Positions 36,371 through 45,484 of a DNA stretch of 46,871 bases are shown here, piece by piece. The stretch's first letter is position 1, and every line of letters starts with the position of its first letter. The notes beneath the pieces were generated by a model. It saw only the letters and a program-made list of their open reading frames with translations, had not been told where the DNA came from and searched no databases. The position numbers were made by a program, and so were the translations under genes. The stretch covers positions 1 through 46,871 of the forward strand of contig JBAXXB010000003.1 of NCBI GenBank assembly GCA_037128115.1, in the 5' to 3' direction. The stretch is from Bacteroidota bacterium (lineage in GTDB: Bacteria; Bacteroidota; Bacteroidia; Bacteroidales; UBA4417).

Positions 36371-37792
36371 ATGGAACAACTTACTTTTGCGACTACTATG
36401 AAATATAAAGTCCGTGATATAACGCTGGCCGAATGGGGCCGCAAGGAAATTGAAATTGCCGAGAAGGAAATGCCGGGGCTGATGAGTATCCGCCGTAAAT
36501 ACACTGCGGAGAAACCCTTGCAAGGTGCCCGCATAACCGGCTCACTGCATATGACCATTCAAACAGCAGTATTAATTGAAACATTAGCCGACCTGGGTGC
36601 AGAAGTACGTTGGGCCAGCTGTAATATTTTTTCTACACAGGATCATGCTGCTGCAGCCATTGCCGCTGCCGGTATCCCGGTTTTTGCCTGGAAGGGTGAA
36701 AGCCTCGAAGAGTACTGGTGGTGTACCAACAAGGCTCTTGCTTTCGAAGGCGGAAAAGGCCCGAACCTCATCGTTGATGATGGAGGCGATGCTACCCTAT
36801 TGATTCATAAGGGATTTGCTGCCGAAAATAACCCTAAACTGCTCGAAGAAGAAGCTTCGAACGCGGAAGAAGCAGTAATTATGCAACTGTTGCGTGATAC
36901 CTATGTGGAATCACCGATGAGATGGCATGGTGTGGTAGCCGAATGGAAAGGCGTTTCGGAAGAAACTACCACAGGCGTGCATCGCTTATACCAGATGCTG
37001 GAAAAAGGTGAATTGCTGATACCTGCTATCAATGTAAACGACTCAGTAACCAAATCCAAGTTCGACAATCTTTACGGTTGCCGCGAATCCCTGGCCGACG
37101 GAATAAAACGTGCGACAGATGTTATGCTTGCGGGTAAAGTTGTGGTTGTTTGCGGTTACGGCGATGTTGGAAAAGGCAGTGCCCGTTCGATGCGTGCTTA
37201 TGGAGCACGGGTAATTGTTACCGAAATTGATCCTATCTGTGCCTTACAGGCTTCGATGGAAGGATTCGAAATTACTACGGTTGAAGATGCGCTTGCCGAA
37301 GGGAACATTTATGTTACCACTACCGGCAATAAGGATGTGATCACCGTAGAGCATATGCTTAAAATGAAGGACCAGGCCATTGTATGTAATATCGGCCATT
37401 TCGACAACGAAATACAGGTGGATAAGCTCAACAACCTGGCTGGTGTTGAAAAGATTGAAATCAAACCACAGGTGGATAAATACCTGTTCCCCGATGGTCA
37501 TGCCATATTCATGCTTGCCGAAGGCCGCCTGGTGAACCTGGGATGTGCAACCGGGCATCCATCGTTTGTTATGAGCAATTCATTCTCGAACCAGACACTG
37601 GCCCAGCTCGACCTCTGGAATAACAACTACGAGATCGGTGTGTACCGTTTGCCTAAATACCTCGACGAAGAAGTTGCCCGCCTGCACCTCGAGCAGTTAG
37701 GTGTTAAACTTACCGTACTTACTCCCGAACAGGCTGAGTATATCTCAGTTCCGGCCGAAGGTCCTTATAAAGCGGATCATTACCGTTACTAG
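36371..37792 (+). CDS. ahcY: Adenosylhomocysteinase
   Basis: [57 protein letters not shown]; start at 36371 or 36398. Confidence 0.98.
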   Translation: MEQLTFATTMKYKVRDITLAEWGRKEIEIAEKEMPGLMSIRRKYTAEKPLQGARITGSLHMTIQTAVLIETLADLGAEVRWASCNIFSTQDHAAAAIAAAGIPVFAWKGESLEEYWWCTNKALAFEGGKGPNLIVDDGGDATLLIHKGFAAENNPKLLEEEASNAEEAVIMQLLRDTYVESPMRWHGVVAEWKGVSEETTTGVHRLYQMLEKGELLIPAINVNDSVTKSKFDNLYGCRESLADGIKRATDVMLAGKVVVVCGYGDVGKGSARSMRAYGARVIVTEIDPICALQASMEGFEITTVEDALAEGNIYVTTTGNKDVITVEHMLKMKDQAIVCNIGHFDNEIQVDKLNNLAGVEKIEIKPQVDKYLFPDGHAIFMLAEGRLVNLGCATGHPSFVMSNSFSNQTLAQLDLWNNNYEIGVYRLPKYLDEEVARLHLEQLGVKLTVLTPEQAEYISVPAEGPYKADHYRY

Positions 37793-37805
37793 AATTTGGA
37801 CTTTG

Positions 37806-37849
37806 ACATAAAAAGGGCCGTCATAATTTTATGATGGCCCTTTTTATGT
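37806..37849. terminator. Bidirectional intrinsic terminator
   Basis: AAAAAGGGCCGTCATAA...TTATGATGGCCCTTTTT between convergent genes. Confidence 0.9.
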
Positions 37850-37871
37850 TACCCGGAAAATTCAGAATTGA

Positions 37872-38279
37872 TCAGTTATAGATCAATAATGCCTCTCCAT
37901 CGTATGAATACCGGTATTGCATCAGCGGGTATGGTGAAGGCCCTCCATAAGTTGTGCCATCGTAAAGAATAAATTTTGACTTACAAACTGAATCGGTGCA
38001 GGTGCTTCCTGAAGCATCAACGACCACCTTGGCTCCTGTTTTTTCAGGGTCGTAGGGGCAGCAGCGTTCAAATACCGTAAACTGGTCGGGAAGCATGCGG
38101 TAAATGACTATTCCCCTGTAACCGCCGTTAACATATTTATAACTGCCAACCGGAATATAATCCAGTGAATTCGGGTAGAGCTGCAGGTTAACATATACAT
38201 AAGGAATCAAAGGCTGGTTATCCTTTTTGCATGCGGGAACCAGCATTAAAAGAATAATTATCGTAAAAAGCGACCGCAT
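37872..38279 (-). CDS. Rieske-fold-like lipoprotein
   Basis: Lipobox VPAC-KKDN; GGYRGIVIYR, FERCCPYD, CTDSVCKSKF..DG...GP...PL..Y. Confidence 0.7.
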   Translation of the reverse strand: MRSLFTIIILLMLVPACKKDNQPLIPYVYVNLQLYPNSLDYIPVGSYKYVNGGYRGIVIYRMLPDQFTVFERCCPYDPEKTGAKVVVDASGSTCTDSVCKSKFILYDGTTYGGPSPYPLMQYRYSYDGEALLIYN

Positions 38280-38432
38280 GGGTAAGATTTAAAATGTGTT
38301 TTCGTTGTAAAAGTAGTACTTTACTCTTTGAAGAACGAACGCAGCTGATATAAATTGCGTTCAAATCCAATCTCATTTGTAAAGCAAAATGGATTTATCA
38401 TTTCCTTTGCACCCTGTTAAAGAAGAATTTTC

Positions 38433-38732
38433 ATGTTCATACCCGGAAAACAAAGCCGAAGGATTATGTTTGCGACTGTACTGCTTCTGGCTGCATTTTC
38501 ATTTGCAGGCTCCGGCTGCCGTTTGTTGAAAAGAGACAAACAGTCAGTAGCCGAAAAAAAGCAGCATGCCGCCGATAAAAAGATAAGTGCCGAATACGAT
38601 AAAGCGCTGGATCAGCATTATAAAAACCAAAGTGATGATGCTAAAAAGATGATGAAAAAGACTAAAAAGCAGGCATACAGATTCAATAAACCGATGAAGC
38701 GTAAAGGCCACACCAAATCCACCTGTCGTTAA
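38433..38732 (+). CDS. Small basic lipoprotein, hypothetical
   Basis: Hydrophobic segment ending GSGC; Lys-rich helix. Confidence 0.6.
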   Translation: MFIPGKQSRRIMFATVLLLAAFSFAGSGCRLLKRDKQSVAEKKQHAADKKISAEYDKALDQHYKNQSDDAKKMMKKTKKQAYRFNKPMKRKGHTKSTCR

Positions 38733-38853
38733 TTAGGATACTATATTTTATTATCCCGGGTTCGTGCCGCCTTTGTCTGCCTGTCGCCCCTCCTTTTTTA
38801 GGCACCGGAAGCAAGGGCATAGTAAATTGCCCTCCTAATACCTAACCCCCATT

Positions 38854-39552
38854 TTAAGCCGGGTTAGCTGGCGGCTTAGTATCATCCTTAGTTCCGGCAG
38901 GTGTATCGTAAATAATATAATCGTTGTATTTGGCTTCACTGCGGGTGTACCAGTAATCCTTGCCAAAGCCGCAGATGCGGTTGATTTTTGCATATAAAGC
39001 ATTGGCTGATGCAGTGCGTTGCTCTGCAGCTACTTCGCGCTCCATATCGGCATCTTCCTTTAATCCCAGGGCTTCGTCGAACTGTGTGCACAAGCCGCCA
39101 AGCCTGTCGACCATCTGCTGCGTAATGCCTTTTTCCTTCAGAGCATCAAAGTAAGTGCCGGTAAGCCGGAGAACCCGCTTGCAGCAAAGCAGCAGGTCGC
39201 TGTCGCTTAATTTGCTTAACCCGGCCGTACCAAATCGGCGGTAGGTGCCTGAGTCTTCGCCATAGGTATCAGCTACGCGTATCATGTACGAGCGGGTTTC
39301 GACCCTGAGCTGGTCGGCAATACTATCTTTAGCCTTGGTGCGTTCCATGCAGGTGCCGAGGAATTCATCGTCGCCGGGCATGTTTTTAAGATTATCGGTT
39401 GTTTCAAGTATAAAGGTGCGGTCGGCGTAAGTAACGCCATAGGTGGATAATTCAGCCTGGTCGCGGCTCATAAGCGATGCGGTCTTTTCGCCTAACGTAA
39501 TAAGGGTGCCAAACGAAAACCGGAAATCAGTGGTTAATGCCATCTTTTTCAT
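38854..39552 (-). CDS. Hypothetical alpha-helical protein
   Basis: 232-aa ORF with its own TAACTTTG promoter element at 39583-39576. Confidence 0.75.
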   Translation of the reverse strand: MKKMALTTDFRFSFGTLITLGEKTASLMSRDQAELSTYGVTYADRTFILETTDNLKNMPGDDEFLGTCMERTKAKDSIADQLRVETRSYMIRVADTYGEDSGTYRRFGTAGLSKLSDSDLLLCCKRVLRLTGTYFDALKEKGITQQMVDRLGGLCTQFDEALGLKEDADMEREVAAEQRTASANALYAKINRICGFGKDYWYTRSEAKYNDYIIYDTPAGTKDDTKPPANPA

Positions 39553-39799
39553 GTGTTTAAGTGTGAACGTTAGTACAAAGTTACAATACTTTTTTCCGGA
39601 TTATTCTCAACATATCAACTTTTTTTATCACTATTATTTCTACGATTGGGCTATGCTTCAATCGGATATATTTTAGTTCCGGTTGATGCAGGGTATGCCT
39701 TTTATGTGTTGCAATCGGCTTCAATACTGGTTTCAGTTGGAATTGATTTACTGCTTGTCGAATCCAAGAAATTGAACATAGTGATACTCCATTTGCATA

Positions 39800-39946
39800 T
39801 TGCGGTGCTTCGGAGACTTTTTGCCGCGCTTCGGGGGCTTTTCGCTACGCTTTGGCGACTTTTCGCCGCGCTTCGGAGACTTTTCGCCGTGCTTCGGAAA
39901 CCTTTCACAAAGCTTCGGATGCTATTCGCCGCGCTTGTATCGCTTT
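39800..39946. repeat. Seven degenerate 21-bp tandem repeats
   Basis: Consensus TCGCCGCGCTTCGGAGACTTT; units start at 39800, 39821, 39842, 39863, 39884, 39905 and 39926. Confidence 0.9.
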
Positions 39947-40883
39947 TTGCGGGCTGTGCCGTTCAGTTCTACGGGAGTGCTCACCATACCCTTAGGACTG
40001 TTAACTGAATGGAGTCCGTGATAGATATTCCCGAATAAAAAATTTCGGATTTCTACAAGTTAAATGGGAGATATTAAAAATGGGGAAATCAATCCTATCT
40101 GTGGGAATTGCGATTCCTTATTTTCCTGAACTGAGCGAAGGGGTATTATGAGTCATGAAATAGGATCAAAATCAAAATCTGGTGAGCAAAGTATCTATTG
40201 AAGATTCTTCAAAGTTTGTAATGGAGTATCATTCCAGTTTTTTCTTACTTTCTTTTGCCCTGATGACAAAAGGACGAAAAGAAAAAATCTATTTCCAGTT
40301 TGCTTTTTTAATCTTCAGCAAATATGCTTGATTTCCTGAATAAATTTGTCATTAAAATTGAAAATATACTCTGTTTTCGATGAATTCTTATAATGAAGTG
40401 AGTAATATCACTCCAGCACATCAAAATAATATCTTGCCAGAAAAATACGTTAGCGGTTCTTGACGGAGGTATGCGGAAGGCTTGCGCTTAGCAATACACA
40501 GCAACGACAAATGCTTGGAATTGTGCCATCTTTCATGCCTTGTATTGCGCGAAAATACCTCCGGATTAGAAATGCAACGTATTTTTATAAAGCCTAGATT
40601 TTTTATTCGCTCATTGATTATTTTTAAAGTAGCTCATGGGATCGCGGCGCTAATCTGTTCCTTTTGTATTACGACAAAAGGACGAAAATAGAAACTTAAA
40701 AATACATTTTCAATTTATGCATTCTAAAGGAGCTATCCCGAAATAAATTTCGGCTGGTTTTTCACTTTTAGAATATAGGATAACCTGAAACAGAAAAAGT
40801 GAATTTAAAAGTTTGGGTTACAGGTAAAAATTTCTTTTGTCAGGAGAAAAATAAACTTGACTGCTTAAATGATTGATATATTG

Positions 40884-40985
40884 CGTCCACCAGAGGCGGA
40901 CTGTCCCGCTAGATTATTTGCGACAGCAAATAGCTATTGGTAGAATAGCAAATGAGAAGTGATAAAAGTCCGCCTTTGGCGGACG
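40884..40985. repeat. Inverted doublet of REP-like palindromes
   Basis: CGTCCACCAGAGGCGGACT (40884-40902) and AGTCCGCCTTTGGCGGACG (40967-40985) are 17/19 complementary, and each is self-hairpinning. Confidence 0.65.
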
Positions 40986-41151
40986 ATATAATGTTTTTAC
41001 CGGACAATAGTATTTCAAAATCAAATTCCTGCAACCTGTTCTAACTCCGGTCTCTCAAAATAAAATAATATCCTGTACTGATAAACAGGCACCTATAACC
41101 AGCATTTATTTTTTGTACCTTTACAAAAAATCCCAAAGCATCAGATTTCCA

Positions 41152-41622
41152 ATGGAAAATTTCCTCTATATCCTAATAGGTGTTATCTGGGTTGTTTACT
41201 CTTTATATACAGCCCGGCAAAAAGCCCTGAAGAGGCAACAATCGCAGGAAATACCCCCACGGGGACCTTCACAGTCCTCACCCTTGCCGTTACCAGGAAG
41301 CGGAGGAAGGACGTTGTTTGATGAAATTTTTCGGGAATTAAGCGGCGAGCCAAAGCCGGTAATCCAGACTTATCAACCGGCTCAACCCTCTGTGGTGATT
41401 CCACCCGACATGCCTATACAGGACGCGGGAATGCACAGAAATTCGTTCACGAAAGCAAACATATCGAGTTTGCCGACAAGTTTAGCCCGGGATGCTTCCG
41501 GAAACGACTCTAAAACACTGGAAAACCCTCCCCAGGTTGCAAAAAATGAAGGCTTTCCGAAAAAATTCGATCTTCGCGAAGCTGTCATTTTCAGTGAATT
41601 ACTGAACAGGAAATATTTTTAA
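41152..41622 (+). CDS. Membrane-anchored hypothetical protein
   Basis: N-terminal TM segment, Pro/Gln-rich linker, C-terminal FDLREAVIFSELLNRKYF; ATG 41152 preferred. Confidence 0.75.
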   Translation: MENFLYILIGVIWVVYSLYTARQKALKRQQSQEIPPRGPSQSSPLPLPGSGGRTLFDEIFRELSGEPKPVIQTYQPAQPSVVIPPDMPIQDAGMHRNSFTKANISSLPTSLARDASGNDSKTLENPPQVAKNEGFPKKFDLREAVIFSELLNRKYF

Positions 41623-41739
41623 GCCGGAAATATTTCTTGTCTTTAACGAATTGTTAAGAGAAGTTAAAAATCTTTTTAACTTTACACGCTTTTTCAAAGT
41701 AGGCTATTCCTATTTACAGCAACATAAAAACCAATCTTT

Positions 41740-44700
41740 ATGGTAAGAAAATTACTTTTTTTCCTTGTTTTGTTTCTCGCAGCTAATGCAACTCTACTAG
41801 CCCAATCGGGAGCGTTGCAGGGCAAAGTCATCGACAAGGCAACCAAAGAACCAATTCCTTTCACCAACATTATTGTTGAAAGCAAGGGAACACAGGCGGG
41901 TGGTACAGCCTCTGACATCGATGGCAAGTACACGATCAAACCCATTACACCGGGTACTTACGACGTGAAAGCCTCGTTCCTGGGTTACAAGCCGGTACAG
42001 ATTACCGGTATCCCAATCCGGTCGGGTATCATCGAATACCTGAATATAGAGCTGGAATCCACGGCTGTGCAGGTTACTGGTGTAACCATTACCAAGTACA
42101 AAGTTCCACTTATCGATAAAGATAAAACGGTAACCGGTGCCACGGTTACTTCCGAAGAAATTTCGAAGATGCCTACCCGTAGTGCCCAGGGTATCGCAAC
42201 CAGTGTTGGGGGCGTATTTTCCCGCGACGGCGAGGTTGGCAATGTCCGAGGACAGCGGTCAGAGGGTAACGTTACCTATATTGACGGTATTAAAGTACGC
42301 GGTTCAGGCGGACTTCCCGAATCAGCCATCGAGCAGGTTTCGGTCATATTGGGTGGTGTACCTGCCCAGTACGGAGATGCCACCGGTGGTATTATCAATA
42401 TCACAACCAAAGGTCCTTCACGCAGGTTCGGTGGCGGAGTTGAGCTTCAAACCTCACAATTCCTCGATCCTTACGGAAGCCATCGCGTTGGTGTTAACCT
42501 TACCGGTCCTTTATTTATGAATAAGGCAAAAACGGAAGCCCTGCTCGGCTACTTCATTGCAGGTGACTTCAATTATCATAAAGACGGCGCTACTCTTCCC
42601 CTGGGATTATACAAGGTGAACGACGCCAAACTGGCAGAACTGGAAGCAAATCCACTCCGCCCCTCAGGATCAGGTTCCGGAACTTACCAGAACGTGGAAT
42701 TTATCCGTAAAAGTGACCTTGTTCCTTTGAAGAGTTCGCTCAACAGCAGCGGATATGATATTAATGCATCCGGTAAGCTGGATGTTAAAACCGGGAAAAA
42801 TACGAACCTTACTTTTGGCGGATCATATAATATGTATTCGGGCAATAACTTCAACTGGTATTACTCCATATTCGATTACAACCGGAATACATATACTGAC
42901 GGAAGTACCTGGCGTGTATTCGGGAGATTTACCCAGCGTTTTCCTGCATCCAAAGATGGCAACAACCTGATTAAAAATATCTATTACTCCCTGCAGGCCG
43001 ACTACACCAGCATCAAGAGCAAATACGAAGACCCCGATCTGAAAGGAAACCTTTTTGCTTATGGTTATGTAGGCCGGTTTGATACCGAAAAAAGTAAAGG
43101 CTATGATCGTAGGCTTGATACAATAGGCGGTACCGACACTACCCGTATAACTATGAATGGTTACGCGGATTCACTTGTTACCTTCCAGCGTGCCGAGTTT
43201 AACCCGGTTCTTGCCAATTATACATCGAATTACTACAAAATCTTAAGCGAAGAGAATCCTCGTAACCCTCTTCCTTCCCAAATCGACCAGATATACCAGG
43301 GCGGTGGAATGCTTAATGGCTACAGCCCTAACGGAGTATTTGGTGGTGTATATAGTCTGTGGTCGGCTCCTGGAAGCCAGCAGTCAGGTTATGGCAAGAG
43401 TTCCACGACCCAGGTTACTGCCAACATGAATTTATCTGCCGATGTCGGAAACCATGAAATCAAGTTGGGATTCACTTTCGAACGTTATAGCTCCAGCGGT
43501 TATTCCTATGCTCCACAGACATTCTGGACCCAGATGTACCAGTTGACCAATTCACATATCATACAGCTTGATCTGGAGCACCCTATCACCACTATTTACC
43601 CGGCTGTACTTAATGGTGATACCACTACTGTGGTACAAACTGACTATAACAGGTTAAACGATGCCACATCCCAGCGCAGTTTCGATAAAAACCTGCGTAC
43701 TGCCATGGGTCTGCCTGTGAATGGAACGGATTGGATTGATGTAAATTCATACGACCTCAATGCGAATACCATTTCGTACATTGACGGAAACAGCGTACGT
43801 CATACTGTTAACCTGAGCACTCCTTTATCAGTGAATTATTTCAGCCCCGACGAATTCCTTAACAGCGGCAGCCCGTTTGCAGCAGCCAGGGGTTATGATT
43901 ACTACGGCAACAAACTCACTTCGAATCCCAGTACCATGGATTTCTTTAATAAGAAAGATGCCAATGGAAACTATACACGCGAAATTGCACCTAGTGAGCC
44001 TATCTATATGGCCGGTTACATTTCGGATAAGTTCTCGTTCGATGACCTGGTATTCAACGTAGGTGTACGTGTCGACCGTTTCGATGCCAACCAGAGTACT
44101 TTGAAAGATCCATATTCACTCTACCCCGTAAAGACCGTAGGTGAAGTCTCCGACCTGGGCACGCATCCATCAAGCATGGGAAAAGATTATGCCGTTTATG
44201 TTGATAACGTGAGTGAACCTTCCCGCATTATGGGATACCGCAATGGCAACAACTGGTATGATGCCAGCGGAACTGTACTCCTGGATCCTACGCTCAAACT
44301 CGACGCTGGCAACGGTATTTCTCCTTACCTATCGGGTACCAGGGAAATTACAAGCGAATCCTTTGCTGATTATGTTCCCCAGATCTCGGTTATGCCCCGT
44401 ATTTCGTTCTCCTTCCCGATTTCGGATGAGGCTTTATTCTATGCCCACTACGATGTGATTACCCAGAGGCCTAAACAAAATGCCGTTTTCAACCCGCTGA
44501 GTTACCTTTTCTGGGAATACGATTCCAACCCAACCATGACCAATCCTAACCTGAAACCGGAAAAGAATGTGAACTACGAATTAGGTTTCCAGCAGAAACT
44601 TTCCAATTCCTCGTCCATCAACATTTCGGCTTTCTACATTGAATCACGCGACCAGATACAGTCGTACCGTTATACAGGTGCTTTCCCGAAAACGTATTAT

Positions 44701-45441
44701 TCATACAATAACATCGACTTTGGAACTGTAAAAGGTTTAACCATTGCTTATGACCTTCGCCGCACAGGTAATGTACGCGTCAGGGCTAACTATACCTTAC
44801 AGTTTGCCAACGGTACAGGTTCAAACCCAGAAACTTCATCAGCCCTCATACGTTCAGGTCAGCCTAACCTTCGTAACCTTATTCCCCTTGATGCTGACCA
44901 ACGTCATGCCGTTCAGATCAACGTCGACTTCCGTTACAGCGAAGGCACCGATTACAACGGTCCTGTGATCAACGGGATACAGATCCTGAAGAATTGCGGT
45001 TTCAATATTACTATGAATGGAGGTTCAGGTACACCTTATACCCGTTCAAGCAAAATTTCGAGCCTGGTTTCGACTACCAACATCATCCAGGGTTCACTCA
45101 ACGGATCACGTCTGCCGTGGTCGTTCAGGATGGATGGTCGTTTGGATAAGGACTTTGCCCTCGCTACAGGGAAAGATTCCAAAGGCAACAAGAAAGTATA
45201 TTCACTGAATGTGTACCTCCAGGTATTGAATATTCTGAATGCAAAGAATATTATGGCTGTTTATGCAGCTACCGGGAACCCGGATGACGACGGATATCTG
45301 GCTGCTGCCGAATACCAGTCGCAGATCAACTCACAGCTTAATGTCGCTTCATATACCGATATGTACAGCATCAGGGTGAACAACCCGTACAACTACAGTT
45401 CACCACGCATGATCCGTGTAGGTGTGGGAATTAGCTTCTGA
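41740..45441 (+). CDS. Large TonB-dependent receptor with carboxypeptidase-regulatory-like domain
   Basis: Signal peptide, VRGQRSE..TYIDG, GGVPAQYGDATGGIINITTK, NPNLKPEK..NYELGFQQ, terminal GISF. Confidence 0.9.
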   Translation: MVRKLLFFLVLFLAANATLLAQSGALQGKVIDKATKEPIPFTNIIVESKGTQAGGTASDIDGKYTIKPITPGTYDVKASFLGYKPVQITGIPIRSGIIEYLNIELESTAVQVTGVTITKYKVPLIDKDKTVTGATVTSEEISKMPTRSAQGIATSVGGVFSRDGEVGNVRGQRSEGNVTYIDGIKVRGSGGLPESAIEQVSVILGGVPAQYGDATGGIINITTKGPSRRFGGGVELQTSQFLDPYGSHRVGVNLTGPLFMNKAKTEALLGYFIAGDFNYHKDGATLPLGLYKVNDAKLAELEANPLRPSGSGSGTYQNVEFIRKSDLVPLKSSLNSSGYDINASGKLDVKTGKNTNLTFGGSYNMYSGNNFNWYYSIFDYNRNTYTDGSTWRVFGRFTQRFPASKDGNNLIKNIYYSLQADYTSIKSKYEDPDLKGNLFAYGYVGRFDTEKSKGYDRRLDTIGGTDTTRITMNGYADSLVTFQRAEFNPVLANYTSNYYKILSEENPRNPLPSQIDQIYQGGGMLNGYSPNGVFGGVYSLWSAPGSQQSGYGKSSTTQVTANMNLSADVGNHEIKLGFTFERYSSSGYSYAPQTFWTQMYQLTNSHIIQLDLEHPITTIYPAVLNGDTTTVVQTDYNRLNDATSQRSFDKNLRTAMGLPVNGTDWIDVNSYDLNANTISYIDGNSVRHTVNLSTPLSVNYFSPDEFLNSGSPFAAARGYDYYGNKLTSNPSTMDFFNKKDANGNYTREIAPSEPIYMAGYISDKFSFDDLVFNVGVRVDRFDANQSTLKDPYSLYPVKTVGEVSDLGTHPSSMGKDYAVYVDNVSEPSRIMGYRNGNNWYDASGTVLLDPTLKLDAGNGISPYLSGTREITSESFADYVPQISVMPRISFSFPISDEALFYAHYDVITQRPKQNAVFNPLSYLFWEYDSNPTMTNPNLKPEKNVNYELGFQQKLSNSSSINISAFYIESRDQIQSYRYTGAFPKTYYSYNNIDFGTVKGLTIAYDLRRTGNVRVRANYTLQFANGTGSNPETSSALIRSGQPNLRNLIPLDADQRHAVQINVDFRYSEGTDYNGPVINGIQILKNCGFNITMNGGSGTPYTRSSKISSLVSTTNIIQGSLNGSRLPWSFRMDGRLDKDFALATGKDSKGNKKVYSLNVYLQVLNILNAKNIMAVYAATGNPDDDGYLAAAEYQSQINSQLNVASYTDMYSIRVNNPYNYSSPRMIRVGVGISF

Positions 45442-45484
45442 TCGATATCCAATGAAGTATAGAAACGAAAAACAAACAAGTACT

